32,545 nucleotides of DNA, from assembly GCA_012728535.1 (NCBI GenBank), contig JAAYEX010000119.1, positions 1 to 32,545 on the forward strand, read 5' to 3'. The stretch comes from Clostridiaceae bacterium. Lineage in GTDB: Bacteria; Bacillota; Clostridia; Saccharofermentanales; DTU023. Of this stretch, positions 18,025 through 25,227 are shown piece after piece (the first letter of the stretch is position 1; the number at the start of each line of letters is the position of its first letter). The notes under the pieces are model-generated. The model worked only from the letters and a program-made list of their open reading frames with translations. It was not told the origin of the DNA and ran no database searches. The position numbers and the translations under genes are program-made.

Positions 18025-18048
18025 CGGGCAGTGTAGCCACACTGCCCG
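18025..18048. terminator. GC-rich stem-loop between convergent gatB and the M42 peptidase gene (no clear U-tract)
   Basis: CGGGCAGTGT-agcc-ACACTGCCCG, a 10-bp perfect stem. Confidence 0.4.
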
Positions 18049-18082
18049 CTGAATAACTGAATAACTTAGGTGCCTGGCACCA

Positions 18083-19192
18083 TCAAAGGCCGTCTCCGGC
18101 CAGAATTTCTTCATATGTATCGTCGTTAATTGCTTTCAGCAAAGCTACAGCAAGGTCGGCTGTTTTTTCCAGGTCGTACAGTTTGGCGATACCATAAGAT
18201 GTGTGTATATAACGCACGGGAACACCCAAAACAATAGTCGGAATACCCCCGCCCATTTTATGAATAATTCCGCCATTGGTGCCGCCTCCTGAACGTACGG
18301 CTTCCTGAACCGGAATTCCCTCTTTCTCCGCCAGGTCCAACGCGAAGCGCTGGAAGCCCGGATGGGTGATCATGGAGACGTCCAAATGGCGCAGCATGGG
18401 CCCTTTGCCCAGCAAAGTCTGCTGGCTGTCCGGGCTGCCGAAAGTATCATCTGCCGGAGTACCTTCGAAAACTATGGCCAGATCAGGCTCTGTCATGCGC
18501 GTCGCCACTTCCGCTCCGCGACCGCCGACTTCCTCCTGGCTGCTGAGAGCTGCGATCACATCGCAAGCCAGCTCTTCTTCCGCCAGGCTGCTTAAGGTCT
18601 CTACCAGAGCCGTGCAGCCGATGCGGCAGTCAAAAGCCTTGCCGATCAGGACGTCATTCTTTTCATCGTAAAAAAGGTCAACATCCGGCACCACAGGAGC
18701 AGCAATACGGATCTTGAATTTTTCACTTATTTCTTCAGCGGAGGTCGCTCCGACATCCAGCTGGATCGCGGTAAAGACAATCGGGCTGTTGCGTTCGGCA
18801 TCGCTCATGTAATGAGGAGGTTTGCTTGTCGCCAGTGCCGGTATCCACTTCCCTTCGGAGTTGCGCACCCGAAAGCGATGTGAAGGCACATTGGAGGCCA
18901 CCCAGGAACCCAGGGGCAAAATACGCAGAAGACCCTGTGGGCTCACCGATTGCACAATCAGTCCTACTTCATCCAAATGTGCATCGAGCTGCACTAAAAC
19001 ACGGTCGCGGCTATTTCCGGCCCGTTCCAGATAGACATTCTGCAGCGAATCGATATAGCTTTCACCATAAGGCTGCAATACCTCCAGAGCTGTTCTTGCC
19101 AGTTCGTGCTCAAAGCCCGACGGTCCGTTTGCCTCCGAAAATATGCGCAGGGTCTGCAATAATTGTTCTCTTCTTTCTGTGCCGGCCATCAT
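18083..19192 (-). CDS. M42 family metallopeptidase (FrvX/glutamyl aminopeptidase-like)
   Basis: GPSGFE near the N-terminus, LDAHLDEVGL, KAFDCRIG, SSQEEVGGRGA, and a C-terminal RYIHT motif. The layout is typical of M42. Confidence 0.8.
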   Translation of the reverse strand: MMAGTERREQLLQTLRIFSEANGPSGFEHELARTALEVLQPYGESYIDSLQNVYLERAGNSRDRVLVQLDAHLDEVGLIVQSVSPQGLLRILPLGSWVASNVPSHRFRVRNSEGKWIPALATSKPPHYMSDAERNSPIVFTAIQLDVGATSAEEISEKFKIRIAAPVVPDVDLFYDEKNDVLIGKAFDCRIGCTALVETLSSLAEEELACDVIAALSSQEEVGGRGAEVATRMTEPDLAIVFEGTPADDTFGSPDSQQTLLGKGPMLRHLDVSMITHPGFQRFALDLAEKEGIPVQEAVRSGGGTNGGIIHKMGGGIPTIVLGVPVRYIHTSYGIAKLYDLEKTADLAVALLKAINDDTYEEILAGDGL

Positions 19193-19254
19193 CCGATCCT
19201 TCCTTTCCTCTTGGTTGATTAGCTTTATCTTAACACTGATAAGTTACTGTTTTT

Positions 19255-20163
19255 CTAGAGTATTGTCGTTTCAAAGACAAGTGATTGCGGGAATAGCTCT
19301 TGCAGTAAGCCGGCCTTTTTGCTCAAATCACAGTTTTCTTCATACAGGGCGAAAACTGTCGGGCCGGAACCGGTCAGGGAAGCGTAAATACTTCCTGATT
19401 GTCTCAGTGCCAGCAGGAAGTCTTCTGTTTCCGGATAAACTTCCCGCAAATAAGGGAGGAAAGAATTCTCCAGGATTCCATTGAATTCGGAATATCTCCT
19501 GCTTGAGAGTATCTTTCCATAAGCTTGCAAAATGGCCTGCAGCTCAGTTCCCGGCGATCCAGATTTATTCCTGTCTAAAGCAGCAAAGGCCTCTTTTGTC
19601 GATACATTAAAGGGAGGCTTGATCAGCAAAAGCGGAAGCTGTGGAAAGGGCTCCAACTCCGTCATGACTTCACCGATACCGCTGACGAACTGCGTTCCAC
19701 CCTTGTAGCAGTAAGGAACATCCGCACCTATTTTGTGTGCCATGTAGGCCGCCGGTACAGGCTCAAACTTTCCGTCAGGGAAAAAGGCCCGCTCCAGGAG
19801 ACGTATGGTTGCGGCTGCATCTGCACTGCCTCCTCCCAGACCTGCCTGATCGGGAATATTTTTTTTAATCTTCAGCTGTAGGGAATAGTCTGCCGGGTTA
19901 ATCCGATGCCAGTCAAAGAAGGCCCGTGCCGCTGTGTAAGCGATATTTTTCTCATCCTGAGGCAAGCTAGGATGATCACCGGAAACACTCCAATTCGACT
20001 GTGCATCTGAGTGCAAAAAAAGTGACAGCTGATCACAAAGATCAACTGTCACCATCAGCGATTTTATATTGTGATAATTGTCAGGACGACGCTCCAGGAC
20101 TTCCAAAGACAAATTTACTTTTGCCGGAGCAGCTTCTGTACCGCTAAAATTCAGCTTATCCAT
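19255..20163 (-). CDS. ispE: 4-(cytidine 5'-diphospho)-2-C-methyl-D-erythritol kinase
   Basis: APAKVNLSLEV N-terminus. GHMP kinase motif IPDQAGLGGGSADAAA. C-terminal LTGSGPTVFAL. Sits next to veg, as in Bacillus. Confidence 0.9.
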   Translation of the reverse strand: MDKLNFSGTEAAPAKVNLSLEVLERRPDNYHNIKSLMVTVDLCDQLSLFLHSDAQSNWSVSGDHPSLPQDEKNIAYTAARAFFDWHRINPADYSLQLKIKKNIPDQAGLGGGSADAAATIRLLERAFFPDGKFEPVPAAYMAHKIGADVPYCYKGGTQFVSGIGEVMTELEPFPQLPLLLIKPPFNVSTKEAFAALDRNKSGSPGTELQAILQAYGKILSSRRYSEFNGILENSFLPYLREVYPETEDFLLALRQSGSIYASLTGSGPTVFALYEENCDLSKKAGLLQELFPQSLVFETTIL

Positions 20164-20172
20164 AAAGCCGGA

Positions 20173-20448
20173 TTATTCGTCCTCTTCCAGGATCTCGTCC
20201 AGTTCATCCGCATTAAATGCTATTTCAACTACACCGGTGAGCACATCAACATAGCTGAAGCAAACGTGTTCGTCGTAGTTTGTGCTGACAGGGCAGCGGA
20301 CTGTAAAAACATTGGGCGAGCAGCTCTCCAGGTATCCCTCATGAACCACTGTACGCCTGCGCCCCCCATTTGAACGGAGGTAAATACGGTCACCAATATG
20401 GCTGGAAAGTGTGTCTCGACAATTTAAAACATCGGTTTTTGCGATCAA
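20173..20448 (-). CDS. veg: Veg family protein (biofilm formation stimulator Veg)
   Basis: RIYLRSNGGRRRTVVHEGYLESCSPNVFTV...FSYVDVLTGVVEI matches B. subtilis Veg ([43 protein letters not shown]). Start set at the TTG at 20448, 6 nt after GAGGTG (20460-20455), rather than the track start at 20484. Confidence 0.8.
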   Translation of the reverse strand: MIAKTDVLNCRDTLSSHIGDRIYLRSNGGRRRTVVHEGYLESCSPNVFTVRCPVSTNYDEHVCFSYVDVLTGVVEIAFNADELDEILEEDE

Positions 20449-20496
20449 TAGAATCACCTCAATATTTAAAATATATTTGCACACATATGCTTGTAT

Positions 20497-20525
20497 ATGG
20501 TACTATAATTGGCTAAAATTGTCAA
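20497..20525 (-). promoter_or_regulatory. Candidate veg promoter: TTGACA, 17-nt spacer, TACCAT
   Basis: Reverse strand has a perfect -35 TTGACA (20525-20520), a 17-nt spacer and a weak -10 TACCAT (20502-20497). Confidence 0.3.
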
Positions 20526-20582
20526 ATTTTGTGCAACCTGCACATGGATCGGATCAAATTTTCGGCAATAGATACGCAGGTC

Positions 20583-21701
20583 CTAGTCAGCCGTTGAACT
20601 CAAAACCACGGCTCCCCCAAGGACCATCTTGTCCTGATAAAATACTGCAGCCTGGCCGGGTGCGGTAAGCCGCTGTGCTTCCGCAAATCTGATCACTGCC
20701 CGGGAGCCATTATCTATTAATTCGATGGCGCAGGGAATTGCCTGTCCCTGAGAACGCAGCTGAACCAGAAGCGTGACTTGATCCTGATCTCTCAACATTT
20801 TTTCCAAAAGATCAGTAAAAACTAAATTAGCCAGAAGGATTGAACTACTTCGGCACTCAATCTCATCTCCCAAAACAATCGCGTTCCTGGCAGCATCAAT
20901 GCTCAATACAGTCATACGTTTACCGAAAGACTGTCCGAGTTTCTTTCGCTGCCCCACGGTATAACGGCCAATGCCTGCATGTTGGCCGATAAGCTTTCCT
21001 TCAGTATCTAGATAGGGTCCGGGTTCACCCAGGGCATCCTGTTCGCGTAAGAAATCGATGCGGTCATCATCGGGCAAAAAGCAGATTTCCTGACTGTCGG
21101 CTTTTTGTGCCAGTTTAATACCGCGATCCTCAGCCAGAGCCCGTACTTCTATTTTTGTCAGCTCACCCAGGGGAAAGAGAACTCTGCTGAGAATCTCCTG
21201 TGGCAAAGCATAAAGGAAGTAACTCTGGTCTTTCCGGCGGTCAGTGCCCCGTAGCAGGCTCACTTTCCGGTCTCTCCTGCGTTCATTAAAGGGAATAAGT
21301 TTACCCTCTTCATCTCCGATGGCAGCATAATGACCGGTTGCAATAAAGTCACAGCCGTATTCATCTGCCAGGCTGATCATGCTGGGGAATTTCATTATCG
21401 GATTGCATAAGACGCACGGATTCGGAGTTTCTCCCCGACGCCAGGCGTCAACAAAGGGAGTCATTACTTTTTCTTCAAATTCGGTGTGTGCTTCATGTAC
21501 AAAATGTTCTATGCCCAGATCGGCAGCAAGAGATTTCGTATCCCGGATCATATTATCGCGGGTTTCTTCAGAGCGGCAGGAAAAATCAAGGGTAAGGCCA
21601 ATAACTTGGAAACCTTGCTCCTGAAGCAGGACGGCGGAAACAGCACTGTCGACACCACCAGACAAACCCAGCAAAACTTTTTTATTCACGGATTCAGACA
21701 T
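20583..21701 (-). CDS. mnmA: tRNA 2-thiouridine(34) synthase
   Basis: PP-loop LGLSGGVDSAVSA, CNPIMKF (catalytic Cys region), ATGHYA, KDQSYFL. Start set at the ATG at 21701, since the track start at 21707 is a TTG two codons upstream. No clear SD. Confidence 0.9.
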   Translation of the reverse strand: MSESVNKKVLLGLSGGVDSAVSAVLLQEQGFQVIGLTLDFSCRSEETRDNMIRDTKSLAADLGIEHFVHEAHTEFEEKVMTPFVDAWRRGETPNPCVLCNPIMKFPSMISLADEYGCDFIATGHYAAIGDEEGKLIPFNERRRDRKVSLLRGTDRRKDQSYFLYALPQEILSRVLFPLGELTKIEVRALAEDRGIKLAQKADSQEICFLPDDDRIDFLREQDALGEPGPYLDTEGKLIGQHAGIGRYTVGQRKKLGQSFGKRMTVLSIDAARNAIVLGDEIECRSSSILLANLVFTDLLEKMLRDQDQVTLLVQLRSQGQAIPCAIELIDNGSRAVIRFAEAQRLTAPGQAAVFYQDKMVLGGAVVLSSTAD

Positions 21702-21767
21702 GCACAAACTTTAGCACATAAATTCTTCAGATGCTGTAATGGAAATTACTGTCGTTACAATACGAAA

Positions 21768-21807
21768 CAGGCAGGTGTCCAGCAATCAGTGGTGGGCTAC
21801 CTGCCTG
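21768..21807 (-). promoter_or_regulatory. Terminator-like hairpin inside the mnmA leader
   Basis: Minus strand reads CAGGCAGGT, a 22-nt loop, ACCTGCCTG, then TTTCGTATTG. It lies about 65 nt upstream of the mnmA ATG. Confidence 0.35.
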
Positions 21808-22089
21808 CTTCTTTGAGGTGTACTTCCAACGTACGTCCTCCTTTCTCAGTCTCGCGCTGAATTCAAATTACCCGGGGAGACAAACCGATCTTCTCTCGAT
21901 GAAACCGGATAGACAAGCCGTGCATTCTCTAAAAAGCTGCTCCATTTTGTTTTACTGAAGGGAAACCCCCTGTGGTTACGGAGCCTTCTCTCTTCCACGG
22001 TCTTTTGTTGCGCGGACTCCTGCTTGTCTGATTACTAAATCATTTTCTGCGTTGATTTCTTCTATGTAATCCTCCAAGAGGTTAATTTA

Positions 22090-22118
22090 ATTTTAGGTAG
22101 GTCGCTGAGTTTTGTCAA
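22090..22118 (-). promoter_or_regulatory. SigA-type promoter for the mnmA leader: TTGACA, 17-nt spacer, TAAAAT
   Basis: Reverse strand has a perfect -35 TTGACA (22118-22113), a 17-nt spacer and -10 TAAAAT (22095-22090). Confidence 0.5.
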
Positions 22119-22195
22119 GAACATTTTTGATGATCTTCCACAAAATAATGTCAAATATGAGTCAGCATGCTAACATATTGTGCAGGAGGGAATTT

Positions 22196-23263
22196 ATGAA
22201 AAGTGTTCTGAAGATAGTCGGAGGTTTGATTCTCGCCTTTGCAATACTGGCATCTGTAGTCTTGATTCTGATTGCAGTATATCAATACAGGCCGGCTGAA
22301 GTAGTGGAAATTGATCTTCCCTCAGGCTGGCAGGACTCCCCTCAACTAAGCTTTGACAGGGAGTACAGTCTTTTGAGCTGGAGTATCGGTTTCGGAAGCC
22401 GTAATAGCAGCAGCGATAATTTCATGGAAGGCGGCTATGGGGTCAGGGCCAGAAACAGGCAGGTTGTCAGAGAAAACCTCGAAGGGATTTATGCTGAAAT
22501 AGCTGAACACGATCCCGATCTTATCCTCCTGCAGGCAATCGACCATGAATCAAAACGTTCCTTTAATCTCAGACAGGATGAAATACTTGGTGAAGCTCTG
22601 GGTTATGGAGTATATACCCCCAATCATAAGGCTTACATACCCAGGCCCTGGCCACCTTTGGGCAGAACTGACGCCGGACTTGCCGGCTTCAGCAAGCTGA
22701 AAGTTTCTTCTGCTGTCCGCCTGCAACTGACGAATAATTATTCCTGGCCGGCAAGGATGTACAGCATCAGACACTGCCTTGAAGTCTTACGCTTGCCTGT
22801 GGAAAATGAGGAAGCCGAGCTTATCCTGATAAATCTTGATCTGAAATCTTATGCTGGTGATACAAAAAATCTGGAAAGTCAGATGAAGGAGCTTTTTGAG
22901 GTCATCGAGTCTGAGCGTGCTCTGGGCAATTATGTAATCGCGGGCGGAGATTTCGGGCAGACTTTATTGCCTTTTTCCGACTTGAGCTACAAGTCGGAAA
23001 ATCCTCACTGGGAGCCGTCTCTACTGGACAGCAAAAGCTTACCGGAAGGTTTCACACTGGTATATGGCGACCCCGATATTGCGACCGCCAGGTTGAATGA
23101 CAAGCCATATGATCCTGAATCAGCGGAGATGACATGTTTTCTGACAGATGCTTTTATTGTTTCAGACGGAATTGAAATAATATCTTGTGAGACTTTTGAT
23201 CTGGGGTTTGAATTCAGCGACCACAATCCCCTGCTTCTGAACTTCAGCCTGGGTCAGCACTAA
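22196..23263 (+). CDS. Membrane-anchored endonuclease/exonuclease/phosphatase (EEP) family protein
   Basis: Start at the ATG at 22196, 5 nt after AGGAGGG. N-terminal TM segment (IVGGLILAFAILASVVLILIAV). EEP-like blocks DLILLQAID, IAGGDFGQT, FEFSDHNPLLLNF. Confidence 0.7.
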   Translation: MKSVLKIVGGLILAFAILASVVLILIAVYQYRPAEVVEIDLPSGWQDSPQLSFDREYSLLSWSIGFGSRNSSSDNFMEGGYGVRARNRQVVRENLEGIYAEIAEHDPDLILLQAIDHESKRSFNLRQDEILGEALGYGVYTPNHKAYIPRPWPPLGRTDAGLAGFSKLKVSSAVRLQLTNNYSWPARMYSIRHCLEVLRLPVENEEAELILINLDLKSYAGDTKNLESQMKELFEVIESERALGNYVIAGGDFGQTLLPFSDLSYKSENPHWEPSLLDSKSLPEGFTLVYGDPDIATARLNDKPYDPESAEMTCFLTDAFIVSDGIEIISCETFDLGFEFSDHNPLLLNFSLGQH

Positions 23264-23280
23264 TCCCATTGTTCACCAGC

Positions 23281-23323
23281 AAAGAAAAAAGAGAAGCTAT
23301 CCTGTTATTTCAGGATAGCTTCT
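23281..23323. terminator. Rho-independent terminator between convergent genes (13-bp perfect stem)
   Basis: AGAAGCTATCCTG-ttattt-CAGGATAGCTTCT. An A-run on the plus side gives a U-tract for the minus-strand operon. Confidence 0.65.
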
Positions 23324-23368
23324 GATTAATCTGTGCTTTTGCTATGTAGTAGTGAATTCCTAAACTCA

Positions 23369-23788
23369 CTATTCCTCATCTTCCAGCTGATCAAGATCAG
23401 CAAATACCTCCTCAAACAAAAGATCAAGATTTTCCTGAGTTCTAAGTTCGAGTTCCCGGTATTTCTCCATCAGGTATTTACCATTAGCGGTCAATTTGCT
23501 TTTTCCGCCTCCGGCGCCGCCATGAAAGCGTTTGATCACTTTAAAACAAAGGCCGTCTTCCATGGTATTCAGCAGTTGCCAGCCCTTACTATACGACAAA
23601 TTCATAGCGGCGCATGCTTCACTGACCGAACCCGTCTCATCTATATATTTCAAGAGTCTTACCGGTCCGGGACCGAAAACAGCCTTATCTGTGACAAGCA
23701 TAACTTTTGCTTTCGCAGAAAGCTTTTCTGTCGCCTCATTAATATATTCGTCGTTATTGCCTTCAACTATTTCATCCAGCCGGCTCAT
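23369..23788 (-). CDS. ModE N-terminal-like winged-helix DNA-binding protein (no Mop domains)
   Basis: GPVRLLKYIDETGSVSEACAAMNLSYSKGWQLLNTME...GGAGGGKSKLTANG parallels E. coli ModE RRISLLKHIALSGSISQGAKDAGISYKSAWDAINEMN...GGKGGGGAVLTRYG. Acidic C-terminal tail. Confidence 0.75.
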   Translation of the reverse strand: MSRLDEIVEGNNDEYINEATEKLSAKAKVMLVTDKAVFGPGPVRLLKYIDETGSVSEACAAMNLSYSKGWQLLNTMEDGLCFKVIKRFHGGAGGGKSKLTANGKYLMEKYRELELRTQENLDLLFEEVFADLDQLEDEE

Positions 23789-23794
23789 TTTTAT

Positions 23795-25117
23795 TTACAT
23801 GTCTTTCCAGATCTCACGCGCTCTTTCAGTATGACGCGCATAAACCGCATCTTCATCAACTGTCAAGAGCTCCCGATCACGCATTACCATTTGACCGTTG
23901 ATCATAACATCATTTGTCATACGACCATACATGCCAAAGAGGAAATGTCCGCCCCAGTTGTTGCCATTCATCGGTGTATGTGTTTTGTAATCCATAGTAA
24001 TTATATCAGCATAAGCATTGGGCTTGAGAATACCGATGTCATGGCTGAAGTAATTTCTGGAGATCTCAGGATTACCCTTGAACAGGAGTTGCAGGGCCTG
24101 GCCGAATCCTACGGTAGGATCACTGAGATGATGGCTTTGCAGGATCTTGGCAACCTTGGCTGATTCAACCATGTCATGTGTATAAGCATCTGTTCCCAGA
24201 CCGACACGCATGCCCTTTTCCAGCATTTTGACAACCGGAGTGGTACCAATGGCATTGCCCATGTTGGACATGGGGTTATGGACAACACTGGTATCTGTAT
24301 CCTTAAGGATATCGAGCTCCAGGTGGTTGGTATGAACTGCGTGAATGGCCAGGGTTTTGGGCCCTAAGAGATCCCAGTTGAAGAGGCGCTCTGTTACACG
24401 GCGGCCATATTTCTTCAGTGAATCCAGCTGGTCCTCAATGCCTTCGCCCACATGGATATGGTAGCCGGCATCAATGCCTGCCATCGCTTCTTTAACTTTA
24501 TACAAGGTATCATCAGAAATGGTAAATGAAGCGTGCATGCCAAAGAGACCCTTGACCATGTCCTGGTCATCTGTATTGTAGGCATTGATGAATTCAACAT
24601 TCTCAATGATCTCTTTGTCTGCGAATTCAACACCTTCACGGTCAGTCAGTTCCAGAGAGTAGGTACCGCGAACACCGATTTCATTGGCTGCTTCGGCAAT
24701 GGCGAACAAAGACCCCTGGGCTGCATGAGGGCTTGCATGATGGTCAAAAACAGTTGTTACACCCAGGCGAATACCTTCAATGAACAAGGTTTGGGCATTC
24801 AGCTTGCAGTCTTCCAGGGTCAATTTGCGGTCCAGTGACCACCACTGATTGTCCAGAATTTCCAGGAAATTCCTGGTAGGCTTGGAGACGGCCATGCCGC
24901 GGGCATATGAGCTGTATATATGGGTATGAGCGTTAATCAAGCCGGGCATAATCACTCGGCCTTTAACATCAAGCACATCATCTTCAGGATATTTCTTTTT
25001 TAATTCTTCAAAATCGCCTACAGCATCAATAAGCTGGTCAACGACACGAACAGCACCATTTTCAAAATATGGATTTTCTGTATCATTGGTGATTAGTTTT
25101 CCGTTACCAATAATCAT
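23795..25117 (-). CDS. ssnA: Amidohydrolase, SsnA-type (putative aminohydrolase linked to Se/Mo-hydroxylase systems)
   Basis: Metal-binding INAHTHIYS (HxH), later HASF/HVGE and VHNPMSN/GTDA blocks. About 440 aa, like E. coli SsnA. Lies directly downstream of ygfK, as in E. coli. Confidence 0.75.
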   Translation of the reverse strand: MIIGNGKLITNDTENPYFENGAVRVVDQLIDAVGDFEELKKKYPEDDVLDVKGRVIMPGLINAHTHIYSSYARGMAVSKPTRNFLEILDNQWWSLDRKLTLEDCKLNAQTLFIEGIRLGVTTVFDHHASPHAAQGSLFAIAEAANEIGVRGTYSLELTDREGVEFADKEIIENVEFINAYNTDDQDMVKGLFGMHASFTISDDTLYKVKEAMAGIDAGYHIHVGEGIEDQLDSLKKYGRRVTERLFNWDLLGPKTLAIHAVHTNHLELDILKDTDTSVVHNPMSNMGNAIGTTPVVKMLEKGMRVGLGTDAYTHDMVESAKVAKILQSHHLSDPTVGFGQALQLLFKGNPEISRNYFSHDIGILKPNAYADIITMDYKTHTPMNGNNWGGHFLFGMYGRMTNDVMINGQMVMRDRELLTVDEDAVYARHTERAREIWKDM

Positions 25118-25227
25118 AATTCTTCCTCCTATATATACCGGAAATTGCCGGGTCTGAGCGTGCTTTCACACTCACAGTCTTTTCAGAGCTCCCATGTTAA
25201 GGAGCTCTGAAACAATTTTCTATTTTT

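Noticed and set aside
21708-22110. Possible T-box riboswitch upstream of mnmA. The same check was made upstream of aspS at 12810-12985.
   Set aside because: No GGGTGGTACCGCG-type T-box sequence on the coding strand. The only GGTGG-like string (GGTGGGCTACC, about 21791-21801) is on the wrong strand and sits in a hairpin loop. The aspS upstream region is too short and lacks Stem I elements.
23333-24163. A 276-aa plus-strand ORF, plus similar long antisense ORFs at 13675-14292 (-), 8818-9450 (+), 1703-2209 (-), 4190-4690 (+), 3906-4274 (+), 21486-21860 (+) and 25791-26234 (-).
   Set aside because: Each lies antisense to, or out of frame within, a gene with strong family motifs. The translations are low-complexity (Ser/Arg/Leu-rich) with no recognisable motifs, SD sites or sensible boundaries. 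These are shadow ORFs.
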